Shown here: in pieces, positions 17,735 to 26,236 of the stretch
How the letters are laid out: the number at the start of each line of letters is the position of its first letter
Numbering within the stretch: the first letter of the stretch is position 1
DNA from: an uncultured Gammaproteobacteria bacterium
GTDB taxonomy: Bacteria; Patescibacteriota; Patescibacteriia; SG8-24; DYFX01
DNA: 64,000 nucleotides
Reading direction: 5' to 3'
Assembly (NCBI GenBank): GCA_964532415.1
Contig: CAZHHN010000001.1
Span: 11,946-75,945, forward strand
The notes under the pieces: model-generated
Databases searched by the model: none
What the model was told of the DNA's origin: nothing
Seen by the model: the letters and a program-made list of their open reading frames with translations, nothing else
Made by a program: the position numbers and the translations under genes

Positions 17735-19435
17735 GTGTCGATACCCAACGAAACACTCAAAAAGGCGCTGGCCGAGTTGGACGTGCTTCCGGCCGACCGG
17801 TTGGAAGCCGCTTTTCAGGGCGCGCAGGAACGCGGCGAGGATCTCGCCGAATATCTGGTCGAACGCAACGCGGTTTCCGACGAAAACATGGGGCGCGTCA
17901 TGGCGGACGTCTACGGGGTGCCGTTCGTGAATCTGCGCAACGAGACGGTCGGGGAGGACGTGCTCGGGCTCCTGCCGGTCGAAATGGTCAAGCGCTCGCG
18001 GGTGTTCCCGTTCCGGAAAGCCGACGGCGCCGTCTGGCTGGCGGTCAACGATCCGGGCGATCTCGAGGCGATCGCGGCCGTGCGGAAAAAAATCGCCGGT
18101 CCGGTCCGTACCTATTTCGCCACCCGCGACGATATCGGCCTGGCCGCCGCCCGCTATCGCCGCGACATCAAAGAAGTCTTCCAGGGGATCATCGCCGCCG
18201 CCGAAAAGCGCCTGAACGAGAAGCCAGACCTGTCGCCCGAAGACGCACTGCGGGAGCTGCCGATCGTCGAGATCGTCGATACCCTGCTGCTCTACGCCTT
18301 CCAGGCCGAAGCCTCCGACCTGCACATCGAGCCGCGCGAAAAAGAAGCCTACGTGCGTTTTCGGATCGACGGCATCATGCACGACATCGTGCGCTACCCG
18401 CGCTACATGCACGAGTTCATCGTCATGCGCCTGAAGATCATGGCGCGTCTGCGCACCGACGAGCATTTCGCCGCGCAGGACGGCAAGATCCGCGAGATCT
18501 TCGAAGGCGATCTGGTCGACCTGCGCGTCAGCATCGTGCCGGTCATCGAAGGCGAAAAGGTCGTGCTGCGTCTTCTGACCGAGCGCGGCCGGCACTTTTA
18601 TCTCGAATCGATCGGCCTCGGCGAAGAAGACGTCGCCAAAATCCGCGCCGCCGTCAAGAAGCCGTACGGCATGCTCCTGGCCGTCGGTCCGACCGGCTCG
18701 GGGAAAACAACGACGCTCTACGCCGTCCTGAAAGTGCTGAACACCAGCGAGGTCAACATCACCACCATCGAGGATCCGATCGAGTACGATATTCCCGGCG
18801 TCAGCCAGATCCAGGTCAACCCGCGGACGGGCATCACCTTCGCGGCCGGGCTCCGCGCGCTGCTCCGGCAGAATCCCGATATCATCATGGTCGGAGAGGT
18901 CCGCGATGAGGAAACCGCCGGCGTGGTCGTCAACTCGGCCATGACTGGCCACTTGGTGCTTTCGACGCTGCACACCAACGACGCCGCCACGACCCTGCCC
19001 CGCCTCCTCGACCTGAAGATCGAGCCGTTCCTGATCGCGTCGTCCGTCAACCTGATCGTCGCTCAGCGCCTGGTGCGCAGGATCTGCCCGCGCTGCGTGC
19101 GCAGTTCGGACGTGGCCGTCGCGGACCTGGAGCGCTACGTTCTGCCGGCCGGCGCCGTCGAACGGCTGCTCGGAAAAAAGAAGCGCGCGACCGTCTACGC
19201 CGGCGCCAAATGCGCGCTCTGCCGCCATACCGGCTACCTCGGGCGCGTCGGCATCTTCGAACTGCTGGAAGTCGGCGATGCCGTCCGCAAGCTGATCATG
19301 GCCCGCGCCAATGCTGACGAGATCGCCCAGGAAGCCGTCCGGCAGGGGATGGTGCCGATGCTGGAAGACGGCATCCGCAAAGTGCTGAACGGCCTCACGA
19401 CGCTCGATGAACTCCAGCGCGTCCTGCGCGATTGA
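17735..19435 (+). CDS. pilB: type IV pilus assembly ATPase (PilB/GspE family)
   Basis: ASDLHIEP, GPTGSGKTTT, TIEDPIE, LRQNPDIIMVGEVRD, TGHLVLSTLHTN and CxxC pairs. Confidence 0.95.
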   Translation: MSIPNETLKKALAELDVLPADRLEAAFQGAQERGEDLAEYLVERNAVSDENMGRVMADVYGVPFVNLRNETVGEDVLGLLPVEMVKRSRVFPFRKADGAVWLAVNDPGDLEAIAAVRKKIAGPVRTYFATRDDIGLAAARYRRDIKEVFQGIIAAAEKRLNEKPDLSPEDALRELPIVEIVDTLLLYAFQAEASDLHIEPREKEAYVRFRIDGIMHDIVRYPRYMHEFIVMRLKIMARLRTDEHFAAQDGKIREIFEGDLVDLRVSIVPVIEGEKVVLRLLTERGRHFYLESIGLGEEDVAKIRAAVKKPYGMLLAVGPTGSGKTTTLYAVLKVLNTSEVNITTIEDPIEYDIPGVSQIQVNPRTGITFAAGLRALLRQNPDIIMVGEVRDEETAGVVVNSAMTGHLVLSTLHTNDAATTLPRLLDLKIEPFLIASSVNLIVAQRLVRRICPRCVRSSDVAVADLERYVLPAGAVERLLGKKKRATVYAGAKCALCRHTGYLGRVGIFELLEVGDAVRKLIMARANADEIAQEAVRQGMVPMLEDGIRKVLNGLTTLDELQRVLRD

Positions 19436-19440
19436 TTGTT

Positions 19441-20649
19441 ATGCGTTATCGCTATACCGCCACGACCGCCAAAGGCCGGATGGAATCGGGTTCGATCGAA
19501 GCGCCGTCAGCCGAGGCGGCGGCCGACCAGATTCGCGCTTCGGGGCTGTTGATCGTCTCGCTCCGCCGTGAAGGCGGAGGACTCGGCGGACTCTTTGCGC
19601 GCTTCGAATGGGTCACGCCCGAAACCAAAGTCGCCTTCGCCAAGCACCTGTCGCTCATGATCCGGGCCGGCTTGCCGGTCGACGAAGCCTTGCGCGCGCT
19701 GGTCGACCAGGCGCAGGGACGCTTCCGGCGCGACTTGACCGCGGTGCACAATGCGGTCGAATCCGGCCGTCCGCTTTGGGAAGGCTTCGCCGGGCGGCCC
19801 GGCACATTTTCCGAACTGACCGTGGCCGCCGTGCGCGCGGGCGAGGCGAGCGGCACACTCGGGGAGAACCTCGACGGCCTGGCTCTACAGATGACGAAAA
19901 ATTACGAACTCGTCCGAAAGATCCGCGGCGCCATGCTCTATCCGATCGTGGTGCTGACGGCGGCGCTGGGCGTCGGCATTGGCCTTTCGACGTTCGTATT
20001 GCCGAGAATCATCGAACTGTTCAAATCGATCACCGTCCAGCTGCCGCTCATGACGCGCATCCTGCTGGCTTTCTCGAATTTCATGGTGACCTATGGGACG
20101 CAGGCGCTGCTGTGTGCCCTGGCGGCGGTCGCAGGCCTCATCGTGCTCCTGCGCTCGAAGCCGGTCCGGCCGCTGGCCGACGCGGCGCTTCTCCGGTTTC
20201 CGGTGTTCGGGACGCTCGCCCGAAATTACAGCCTGGCGATGTGCGCCCGGACGATGGCCACGCTTTTGGCCTCCGGCATGCCGATCGGCGACGCGCTCCA
20301 GGTCGCGGCCGATGGCCTGCAGAACCGCTCCTTCCGGACCGCCCTGCTGCGCGTGAAAGCCGGAACCGAACGCGGCATGCCGGCCTCGACGCTGCTTGAA
20401 GACGAGCCGCGGCTTTTCCCCTCGGTGGCTTCCCGGATGATCGCCGTCGGCGAGCGCACCGGCAAGCTTGAAGAGACCTTCGGCTATCTGGCGGAGTTTT
20501 ACGAAGACGAGGTCGATGTCATGACCAAGAACCTCTCGACGCTGCTCGAGCCGCTTCTGCTGCTCGTCATCGGCCTGGTCGTCGCCTTCATCGCCGTTTC
20601 GATCATCTCGCCGATCTACAACTTTATCGGCAATATCCAGCGCCTCTGA
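19441..20649 (+). CDS. pilC: type IV pilus platform protein (PilC/GspF family)
   Basis: AGEASGTL, AMLYP, MIAVGERTGKL and LLEP motifs. Confidence 0.95.
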   Translation: MRYRYTATTAKGRMESGSIEAPSAEAAADQIRASGLLIVSLRREGGGLGGLFARFEWVTPETKVAFAKHLSLMIRAGLPVDEALRALVDQAQGRFRRDLTAVHNAVESGRPLWEGFAGRPGTFSELTVAAVRAGEASGTLGENLDGLALQMTKNYELVRKIRGAMLYPIVVLTAALGVGIGLSTFVLPRIIELFKSITVQLPLMTRILLAFSNFMVTYGTQALLCALAAVAGLIVLLRSKPVRPLADAALLRFPVFGTLARNYSLAMCARTMATLLASGMPIGDALQVAADGLQNRSFRTALLRVKAGTERGMPASTLLEDEPRLFPSVASRMIAVGERTGKLEETFGYLAEFYEDEVDVMTKNLSTLLEPLLLLVIGLVVAFIAVSIISPIYNFIGNIQRL

Positions 20650-20653
20650 ACGC

Positions 20654-21121
20654 ATGCGCCGCGGCTTCACCATCCTCGAACTGCTGCTGACCGTCGGCCT
20701 GCTGTCGCTCACCGCCGCGGCCGTTTTCCTTCCGCTCTCGGCGCTCCAGGGCCGGAGCGGGCTGCAGAGTGGAACGGCCGGACTGCTGAACGTCTTCCGC
20801 CGGGCGCAAGCGCAGGCGCTTGCGGGTTACTTCGCCGATTCGTGGGGCATCCATCTTTCGGACGCGGACGGTTGCGCGCTGCCGGCCTCGCAGTACCATC
20901 TGTTCCGGGGTAGCGCGTTCACCAGCGCGACCGACACGATCGAGACGTTCAGCCTGCCGAATGCCGTAGCGGTGACGGCGCTCGCGATCGGTGGCGGCTG
21001 CGACGTGAAGTTCAGCCGCTACGGAGGATCGACGACGTCGACCGGCACGGTCACGCTGACCGGACCGTACGGCGCGACCACGCTCACCATCAACGGCTAT
21101 GGTCGGATCACGCAACCATAA
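20654..21121 (+). CDS. minor pilin (FimT/GspH-like)
   Basis: Class III signal RG|FTILE followed by a hydrophobic helix. Confidence 0.9.
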   Translation: MRRGFTILELLLTVGLLSLTAAAVFLPLSALQGRSGLQSGTAGLLNVFRRAQAQALAGYFADSWGIHLSDADGCALPASQYHLFRGSAFTSATDTIETFSLPNAVAVTALAIGGGCDVKFSRYGGSTTSTGTVTLTGPYGATTLTINGYGRITQP

Positions 21122-24100
21122 GCCGGCAGGCGGCCAATCGACGATCGAAGTGCTGATCGCCGTCGGCACTTTCGCGCTGCTCGCGGCCGGACTGCTTCAG
21201 CTGGTTGCCAGCCCCCTGACGCTCGCCGGAGATTCGGCCAACCGTTTCAAAGCGTCAACCTTCGCCGACCAGGGCGTCGAGGCGGCGCGCGCCGTGAAGG
21301 AATCCGGCTGGACCCACCTCTCGACCGGCACGCACGGGCTGGCACGCTCCGGCGGCACCTGGTCGTTCAGCGGCTTTTCGGACGTGCCCGATACCGGCTT
21401 CGTGCGGTCGGTCGTCGTGGCGGACGTGGCGCGCGACGTGGGCGGCGCGATCGTGACGGGCGGCGGCACCGTCGATCCGCGCACGAAGAGCGTCACCGTC
21501 ACCGTCAGCTGGACCTTCGGCGTGGTCGCTTTGCCGCGCAGCGTCACCCGCTCCGTCTATCTCACCGACTGGAACGTCTACGATTGGACGCAGACGACCG
21601 ACGCCGACTTCTCGGCCGGCAGCAGGAGCGGCCTGACGATTTCCGGCACCGGGAGCGCTGCTCAGGTCGAACTCTCGCCGGCCAATAAAAGCTGGACATC
21701 CGGCGGCGGAACGCTCGTGGTGCATACGACCGACGCCGACTGGAACGGCGGCTCCTACGGCACCAACACGCAGGAAACCGGGACCGGCAGCACCGCTTCG
21801 GTGACCGAGCTCGGCGCATCGGCCTGGAGCGGCGTCAGCCAGGCCAAAACCTGGAACGAAACGACCGACACGGATTTCTCCGACGGCACCTTTTCGCAGA
21901 CGGCGGTCGTGGATACCGGCGACCTGGCCGGCGTCGGGTTGAACACGCAAATCGACTGGGCACCGCAGACCAGCCCCACCACCAATGACATGTACACGCT
22001 CGGAGCCGTGAGCGCCAACGACGTCTGGGCGGTCGGCAGCGCCGGAACGATCGCACATTGGAACGGCTCCGCCTGGAGCGCCGTCAGCAGTCCGACATCC
22101 CAGGGGTTGCACGACGTCGACTGCCTGACCGCGGCCAACTGCTGGGCGGTGGCCGATGCCGGACAGATCATCCGCTGGAATGGCACGAGCTGGACGAATT
22201 TCGTCGACACGGGCGCCGAAGTCTACAACGGCGTGACGATGACGTCGACAACGGACGGCTGGGCAGTGGCCGGCGGCACGAGCGGCACGGCCCGCGGCCG
22301 CATTTTCCGTTGGAACGGCACGGCTTGGTCGCAATTCGTCGACCTCGGCAGCCAGAATCTCAGTTCGATCGACTGCACCGGCACGTCGGACTGCTGGGCT
22401 TCGGCCGATTCCGGGCAGATCTTCCATTGGAACGGCACGGCCTGGTCGCAATTCGTCGACACCGGATCGGAGACCTGGAATGACCTGAATATGGTTTCGC
22501 CGACCGATGGCTGGATCGTCGGCGAAGGCGGCGCCATGCGGCGTTTCAATGGCACCAGCTGGAACACCGTCTCAAGCGGAGTCACCGGTTCCCTGGGCGA
22601 TGTCGAATGCGTTTCTTCCACCTACTGCCTGGTCGTCAGCGACGGCACGCCCCGGGTCTGGAACGGCACGGGCTGGTCGGCGATGAGCTTCGTGTCGGGC
22701 GTGACGCTCTACGGCCTGGCGGTCATTTCGTCGGGGAGTTCCTTCGGCATCGGCGCCGGCGGTGCCTTCGTCAATTACGGTACGCATTATTTCCCGAACG
22801 GAACGTACCTCTCCGGCATTTTCGATGCGGGCTCCGCGCAAACCTGGGGCACCGCCAGTTGGGACGCGGTGCTGGTTTCGGCGACGGGAGTGACGATCGC
22901 CACCCGGAGCGCTTCGACGCCGGCCGGTATCGGCTCGGCGGCCTGGAGCGCGGAGATGGCCGTTTCCGGTTCGGCGATCACGAGCGCCGCCAATCGTTAT
23001 CTCCAATACCGCATCACCCTGGCGACCCCGAATCGGAGCGCGACGCCGCGCCTGAACGCGATCACGATCAGCTACGCGGCGCCGGCGGTCGCCGATTACG
23101 AAGATCTCTACATGGCGGCCGACAACGACGGCTGGAGCTTCGGCAGCGGCGGCGCGATCGCGCGCTGGGACGGGACGGGCTGGAGCAAATTTTCTTCGCC
23201 GACGGTGAATCTGCTCGAGGCGGCGGCCGGGACGGCCTCGACCGACGTCTGGGCGATGGGCGCATCCGGGACGATCGTGCACTGGAACGGGACGGCTTGG
23301 TCGGTGATCGTGAGCGGCACCGCGCAGGCGCTGCACGGCGCGGCTTGTCTGACCTCGGGCAATTGCCGGACCGTCGGCGCTTCGGGAACGATCCTGCGCT
23401 GGAATGGCACGGCCTGGTCGGCCGAGGCCGATCCTTCAACGCAGGGTCTTGAAGCCGTCGGCTATACGGCGGCCAACGACGTTTGGGCCGTCGGCGGTAC
23501 CGACATCGTCCGTTTCAATGGCGCTTCATGGTCGGTCCATACGACGGTGGCCGGCGCCGCCTTTCACGGTCTTTGGATGGTCTCGGCCACTGACGGCTGG
23601 ACCGTCGGAGGCGGCGGTGCGATCCGGCGGTGGAACGGCACGGCTTGGTCAACGGTGACCAGCCCGACGACGAATGCGCTTCGGGATGTCCACTGCGCGA
23701 GCGCGTCGGACTGCTGGGCGGTCGGCGACGCCGGGACGATCATCCATTGGAACGGCACGGCTTGGTCGACGGCGGCCAGTCCGACCGGGCAGGCGATCGA
23801 AGCGGTCTTCATGAGTGGCGGGACGCACGGCTGGGCGGTCGCTCACGCCACGACCTTCCTGGAATACCGTACGGTCTATCCGGGCGGGGCGGCCTGGACC
23901 AGCCCGATCATCGACGGCGGCGCTGCCGGCACGACCTGGAACAGCGTGGCCTGGGATCAATCGCTGCCGCTCGGCACCGGCATCACGATCGCCAGCCGCT
24001 CGGGGCCGAATCCAACCTGCTGTACCGGCTGGTCTTCGTACAGCGCGGAGTACGCGTCGCCGGGCGGCTCTCCGGTCACGAGCCCGGCCAACCGTTATTT

Positions 24101-25280
24101 CCAGTATCGGACCACATTTACGACCGCCAACACCGTCTCGACCGGCGTTCTGCAGGAAGTGCGGATCCTGCGCGGCGCCGCAACCGCTCAGCCGCTCTAC
24201 GGCATTCAGGGCACGGCGGCGAGCGACGTCTGGGCCGTCGGCGAAGCCGGCACGATCCTGCGGTATGACGGTGCATCGTGGTCGGCGACCAACAGTCCGG
24301 TCACGACCGTGCTGCACGGCCTGGATGCGCTGACGTCGGCAAACGCGATCGCCGTCGGATACGGAGGCGTGATCCTGAAGATGAATGGTTCCGCCTGGAG
24401 CGCGATGAGCAGTCCGACCAACGAAGAGCTGTATGCGGTCGATCTGTTGGACGCGACGCATGGTTGGGCGGTCGGCACGGGCGGAGCGATCGTCAGTTAT
24501 AACGGGACGACGTGGTCGACGATCGCCAGCGGCACGGGCAGTCCGCTCTACGGCGTCTCGATGGTTTCCGCTTCGAACGGGTTCGCCGTCGGCGGCGGCG
24601 GCACCATCCGCAGATGGAACGGCACGAGCTGGTCGACGTCGGCGAGTCCGACTATCGACAATCTGAACGACGTATTCTGCCTGAATGCGTCGCTCTGCTG
24701 GGCGGTGGGGGACAACGGGCGCATCCTCAGTTGGAACGGCACGGTCTGGTCAGTGACGACGAGTCCGGTCGCGTCGCGGCTCAATGCCGTCGAAGCGCGC
24801 TCCGGCGGCGAAGTCTGGGCGGTCGGCGACTTCGGCACGATCCTGAAGTACGATGGCGTCTCCTGGGCCAGCTACGTTTCGCCGACGACGCGCGATCTGT
24901 ATTCCGTGGCCGTGTCGGCTCCGACCGACGGCTGGATCAGCGGGAATGCGGGGGAGTTGATCAAAGATCCGATCGCCTACGTCGGAACGGGCACGCTCTT
25001 CTCTTCGGTGCTCGACACCGACAGCGCCACTTCCACGTTTCAGACGGCCTTTTGGAATGCGATCACTCCGGCCAACACGGCGCTGCGCGTCTCGGCCCGG
25101 AACGGCAATACGTCTTCGCCCGACGGCAGCTGGTCGGGCTGGGGGCCGTATTTTTCCTCCGCCACCGGTTCGCCGATCGCCCTGCCGTCGGCGCGCTACC
25201 TTCAGTATCAGCTGACGCTTTCGACCAGCGACACGTCGATGACGCCATCCGTGCAGGACCTCACCATGACCTATGAATGA
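21099..25280 (+). CDS. giant pilin-anchored adhesin with three 7-blade beta-propellers
   Basis: G|QSTIEVLIAV pilin-like N-terminus; 21 WAVG..G.I..WNG..WS repeats in three blocks; three RY(L/F)QY modules. Confidence 0.85.
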   Translation: MVGSRNHKPAGGQSTIEVLIAVGTFALLAAGLLQLVASPLTLAGDSANRFKASTFADQGVEAARAVKESGWTHLSTGTHGLARSGGTWSFSGFSDVPDTGFVRSVVVADVARDVGGAIVTGGGTVDPRTKSVTVTVSWTFGVVALPRSVTRSVYLTDWNVYDWTQTTDADFSAGSRSGLTISGTGSAAQVELSPANKSWTSGGGTLVVHTTDADWNGGSYGTNTQETGTGSTASVTELGASAWSGVSQAKTWNETTDTDFSDGTFSQTAVVDTGDLAGVGLNTQIDWAPQTSPTTNDMYTLGAVSANDVWAVGSAGTIAHWNGSAWSAVSSPTSQGLHDVDCLTAANCWAVADAGQIIRWNGTSWTNFVDTGAEVYNGVTMTSTTDGWAVAGGTSGTARGRIFRWNGTAWSQFVDLGSQNLSSIDCTGTSDCWASADSGQIFHWNGTAWSQFVDTGSETWNDLNMVSPTDGWIVGEGGAMRRFNGTSWNTVSSGVTGSLGDVECVSSTYCLVVSDGTPRVWNGTGWSAMSFVSGVTLYGLAVISSGSSFGIGAGGAFVNYGTHYFPNGTYLSGIFDAGSAQTWGTASWDAVLVSATGVTIATRSASTPAGIGSAAWSAEMAVSGSAITSAANRYLQYRITLATPNRSATPRLNAITISYAAPAVADYEDLYMAADNDGWSFGSGGAIARWDGTGWSKFSSPTVNLLEAAAGTASTDVWAMGASGTIVHWNGTAWSVIVSGTAQALHGAACLTSGNCRTVGASGTILRWNGTAWSAEADPSTQGLEAVGYTAANDVWAVGGTDIVRFNGASWSVHTTVAGAAFHGLWMVSATDGWTVGGGGAIRRWNGTAWSTVTSPTTNALRDVHCASASDCWAVGDAGTIIHWNGTAWSTAASPTGQAIEAVFMSGGTHGWAVAHATTFLEYRTVYPGGAAWTSPIIDGGAAGTTWNSVAWDQSLPLGTGITIASRSGPNPTCCTGWSSYSAEYASPGGSPVTSPANRYFQYRTTFTTANTVSTGVLQEVRILRGAATAQPLYGIQGTAASDVWAVGEAGTILRYDGASWSATNSPVTTVLHGLDALTSANAIAVGYGGVILKMNGSAWSAMSSPTNEELYAVDLLDATHGWAVGTGGAIVSYNGTTWSTIASGTGSPLYGVSMVSASNGFAVGGGGTIRRWNGTSWSTSASPTIDNLNDVFCLNASLCWAVGDNGRILSWNGTVWSVTTSPVASRLNAVEARSGGEVWAVGDFGTILKYDGVSWASYVSPTTRDLYSVAVSAPTDGWISGNAGELIKDPIAYVGTGTLFSSVLDTDSATSTFQTAFWNAITPANTALRVSARNGNTSSPDGSWSGWGPYFSSATGSPIALPSARYLQYQLTLSTSDTSMTPSVQDLTMTYE

Positions 25281-25794
25281 TCCGCACCGAACGCGACCCG
25301 GTTTCACGCTCGTCGACTTCATCCTGTATTTCGGGCTGATCGGTCTCTTTCTGACGGGCGTCATCGCCTTCGCGGTCGACTACACCAAGAGCTACAATAA
25401 GGCGCTCATCATTTCCCGCGTCGGGCAGGAGAGCCGTTTCGGGCTTCAGCGCATTCTGCGGACGGTTCGGCAGGCGGCCAAAATCAACGCCGCCTCGGTC
25501 TTTGACGATGATATGGGCACGCTCGCGCTCGACACGGTTGCAACCTCGACCACGCCGACCGTTTTCGACGTGTCCGGAGGCGCGCTGCGGATCAGGGAAG
25601 GCTCCGCCACCGCGACGCCGCTTACCTCCGGCGAGGTGGTCGTGCAGAAATTGCGCTTCAGCAAAGACGCGCCGATCGGCAACACGACCGCCGTCACGGT
25701 CGAGCTGACGGTGTCCTATGTGGGTCCTTTTGCCGACAAGCTGCTCTCTTACAGCCTTTCCGCCAGCGGCACGGCCGTGGTGCGCCGGGATTGA
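25273..25794 (+). CDS. minor pilin (PilW-like)
   Basis: PG|FTLVDFILY (Asp at +5) followed by a hydrophobic helix. Confidence 0.85.
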   Translation: MNDPHRTRPGFTLVDFILYFGLIGLFLTGVIAFAVDYTKSYNKALIISRVGQESRFGLQRILRTVRQAAKINAASVFDDDMGTLALDTVATSTTPTVFDVSGGALRIREGSATATPLTSGEVVVQKLRFSKDAPIGNTTAVTVELTVSYVGPFADKLLSYSLSASGTAVVRRD

Positions 25795-25795
25795 T

Positions 25796-26200
25796 ATGCG
25801 CCATCCCCCCAAGGGTTTCATCGCGATGGTCACGGTCCTGGTGCTGATGGCGGTGCTCCTGGCCGCCGGATTGGTCGGGGCGGCGATCGGACGCGACGAG
25901 CTGCTGCTCTCCGGTATCGTGGAAGACGGCAACCAGGCGTTTTCCGTCGCCGATGGCTGCCTCGAAGACGCCGTCAATCGCTTCAAACAAAACGGCGGCT
26001 ACGCCGGCGGCAGTTATGCGCTCTCCGGCGGAAGCTGCGTGGTGACGGTCGTCAATCCCGGCGGCAACACCCGGCTGGTGTCGGCCACGGCGACCTACGC
26101 CAACAACAGCCGCGCCATCGATGCCAACGTCACGCTGAAATTCAACGCGGCGGGCAACGCCAAAACCGTCATCGTCAATTCGTGGCTGGAATCCAATTGA
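25796..26200 (+). CDS. PilX-like minor pilin
   Basis: KG|FIAMV lacking Glu+5; AFSVADGCLEDA motif. Confidence 0.8.
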   Translation: MRHPPKGFIAMVTVLVLMAVLLAAGLVGAAIGRDELLLSGIVEDGNQAFSVADGCLEDAVNRFKQNGGYAGGSYALSGGSCVVTVVNPGGNTRLVSATATYANNSRAIDANVTLKFNAAGNAKTVIVNSWLESN

Positions 26201-26236
26201 GGCTCTGGTGTACGATGGACGCACATTGTGCGTTCC

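Noticed and set aside
21950-24960. Periodic TGGAACGGCACG repeats suggesting a CRISPR array
   Set aside because: They are degenerate, in-frame codons for WNGT propeller blades; no cas genes are present.
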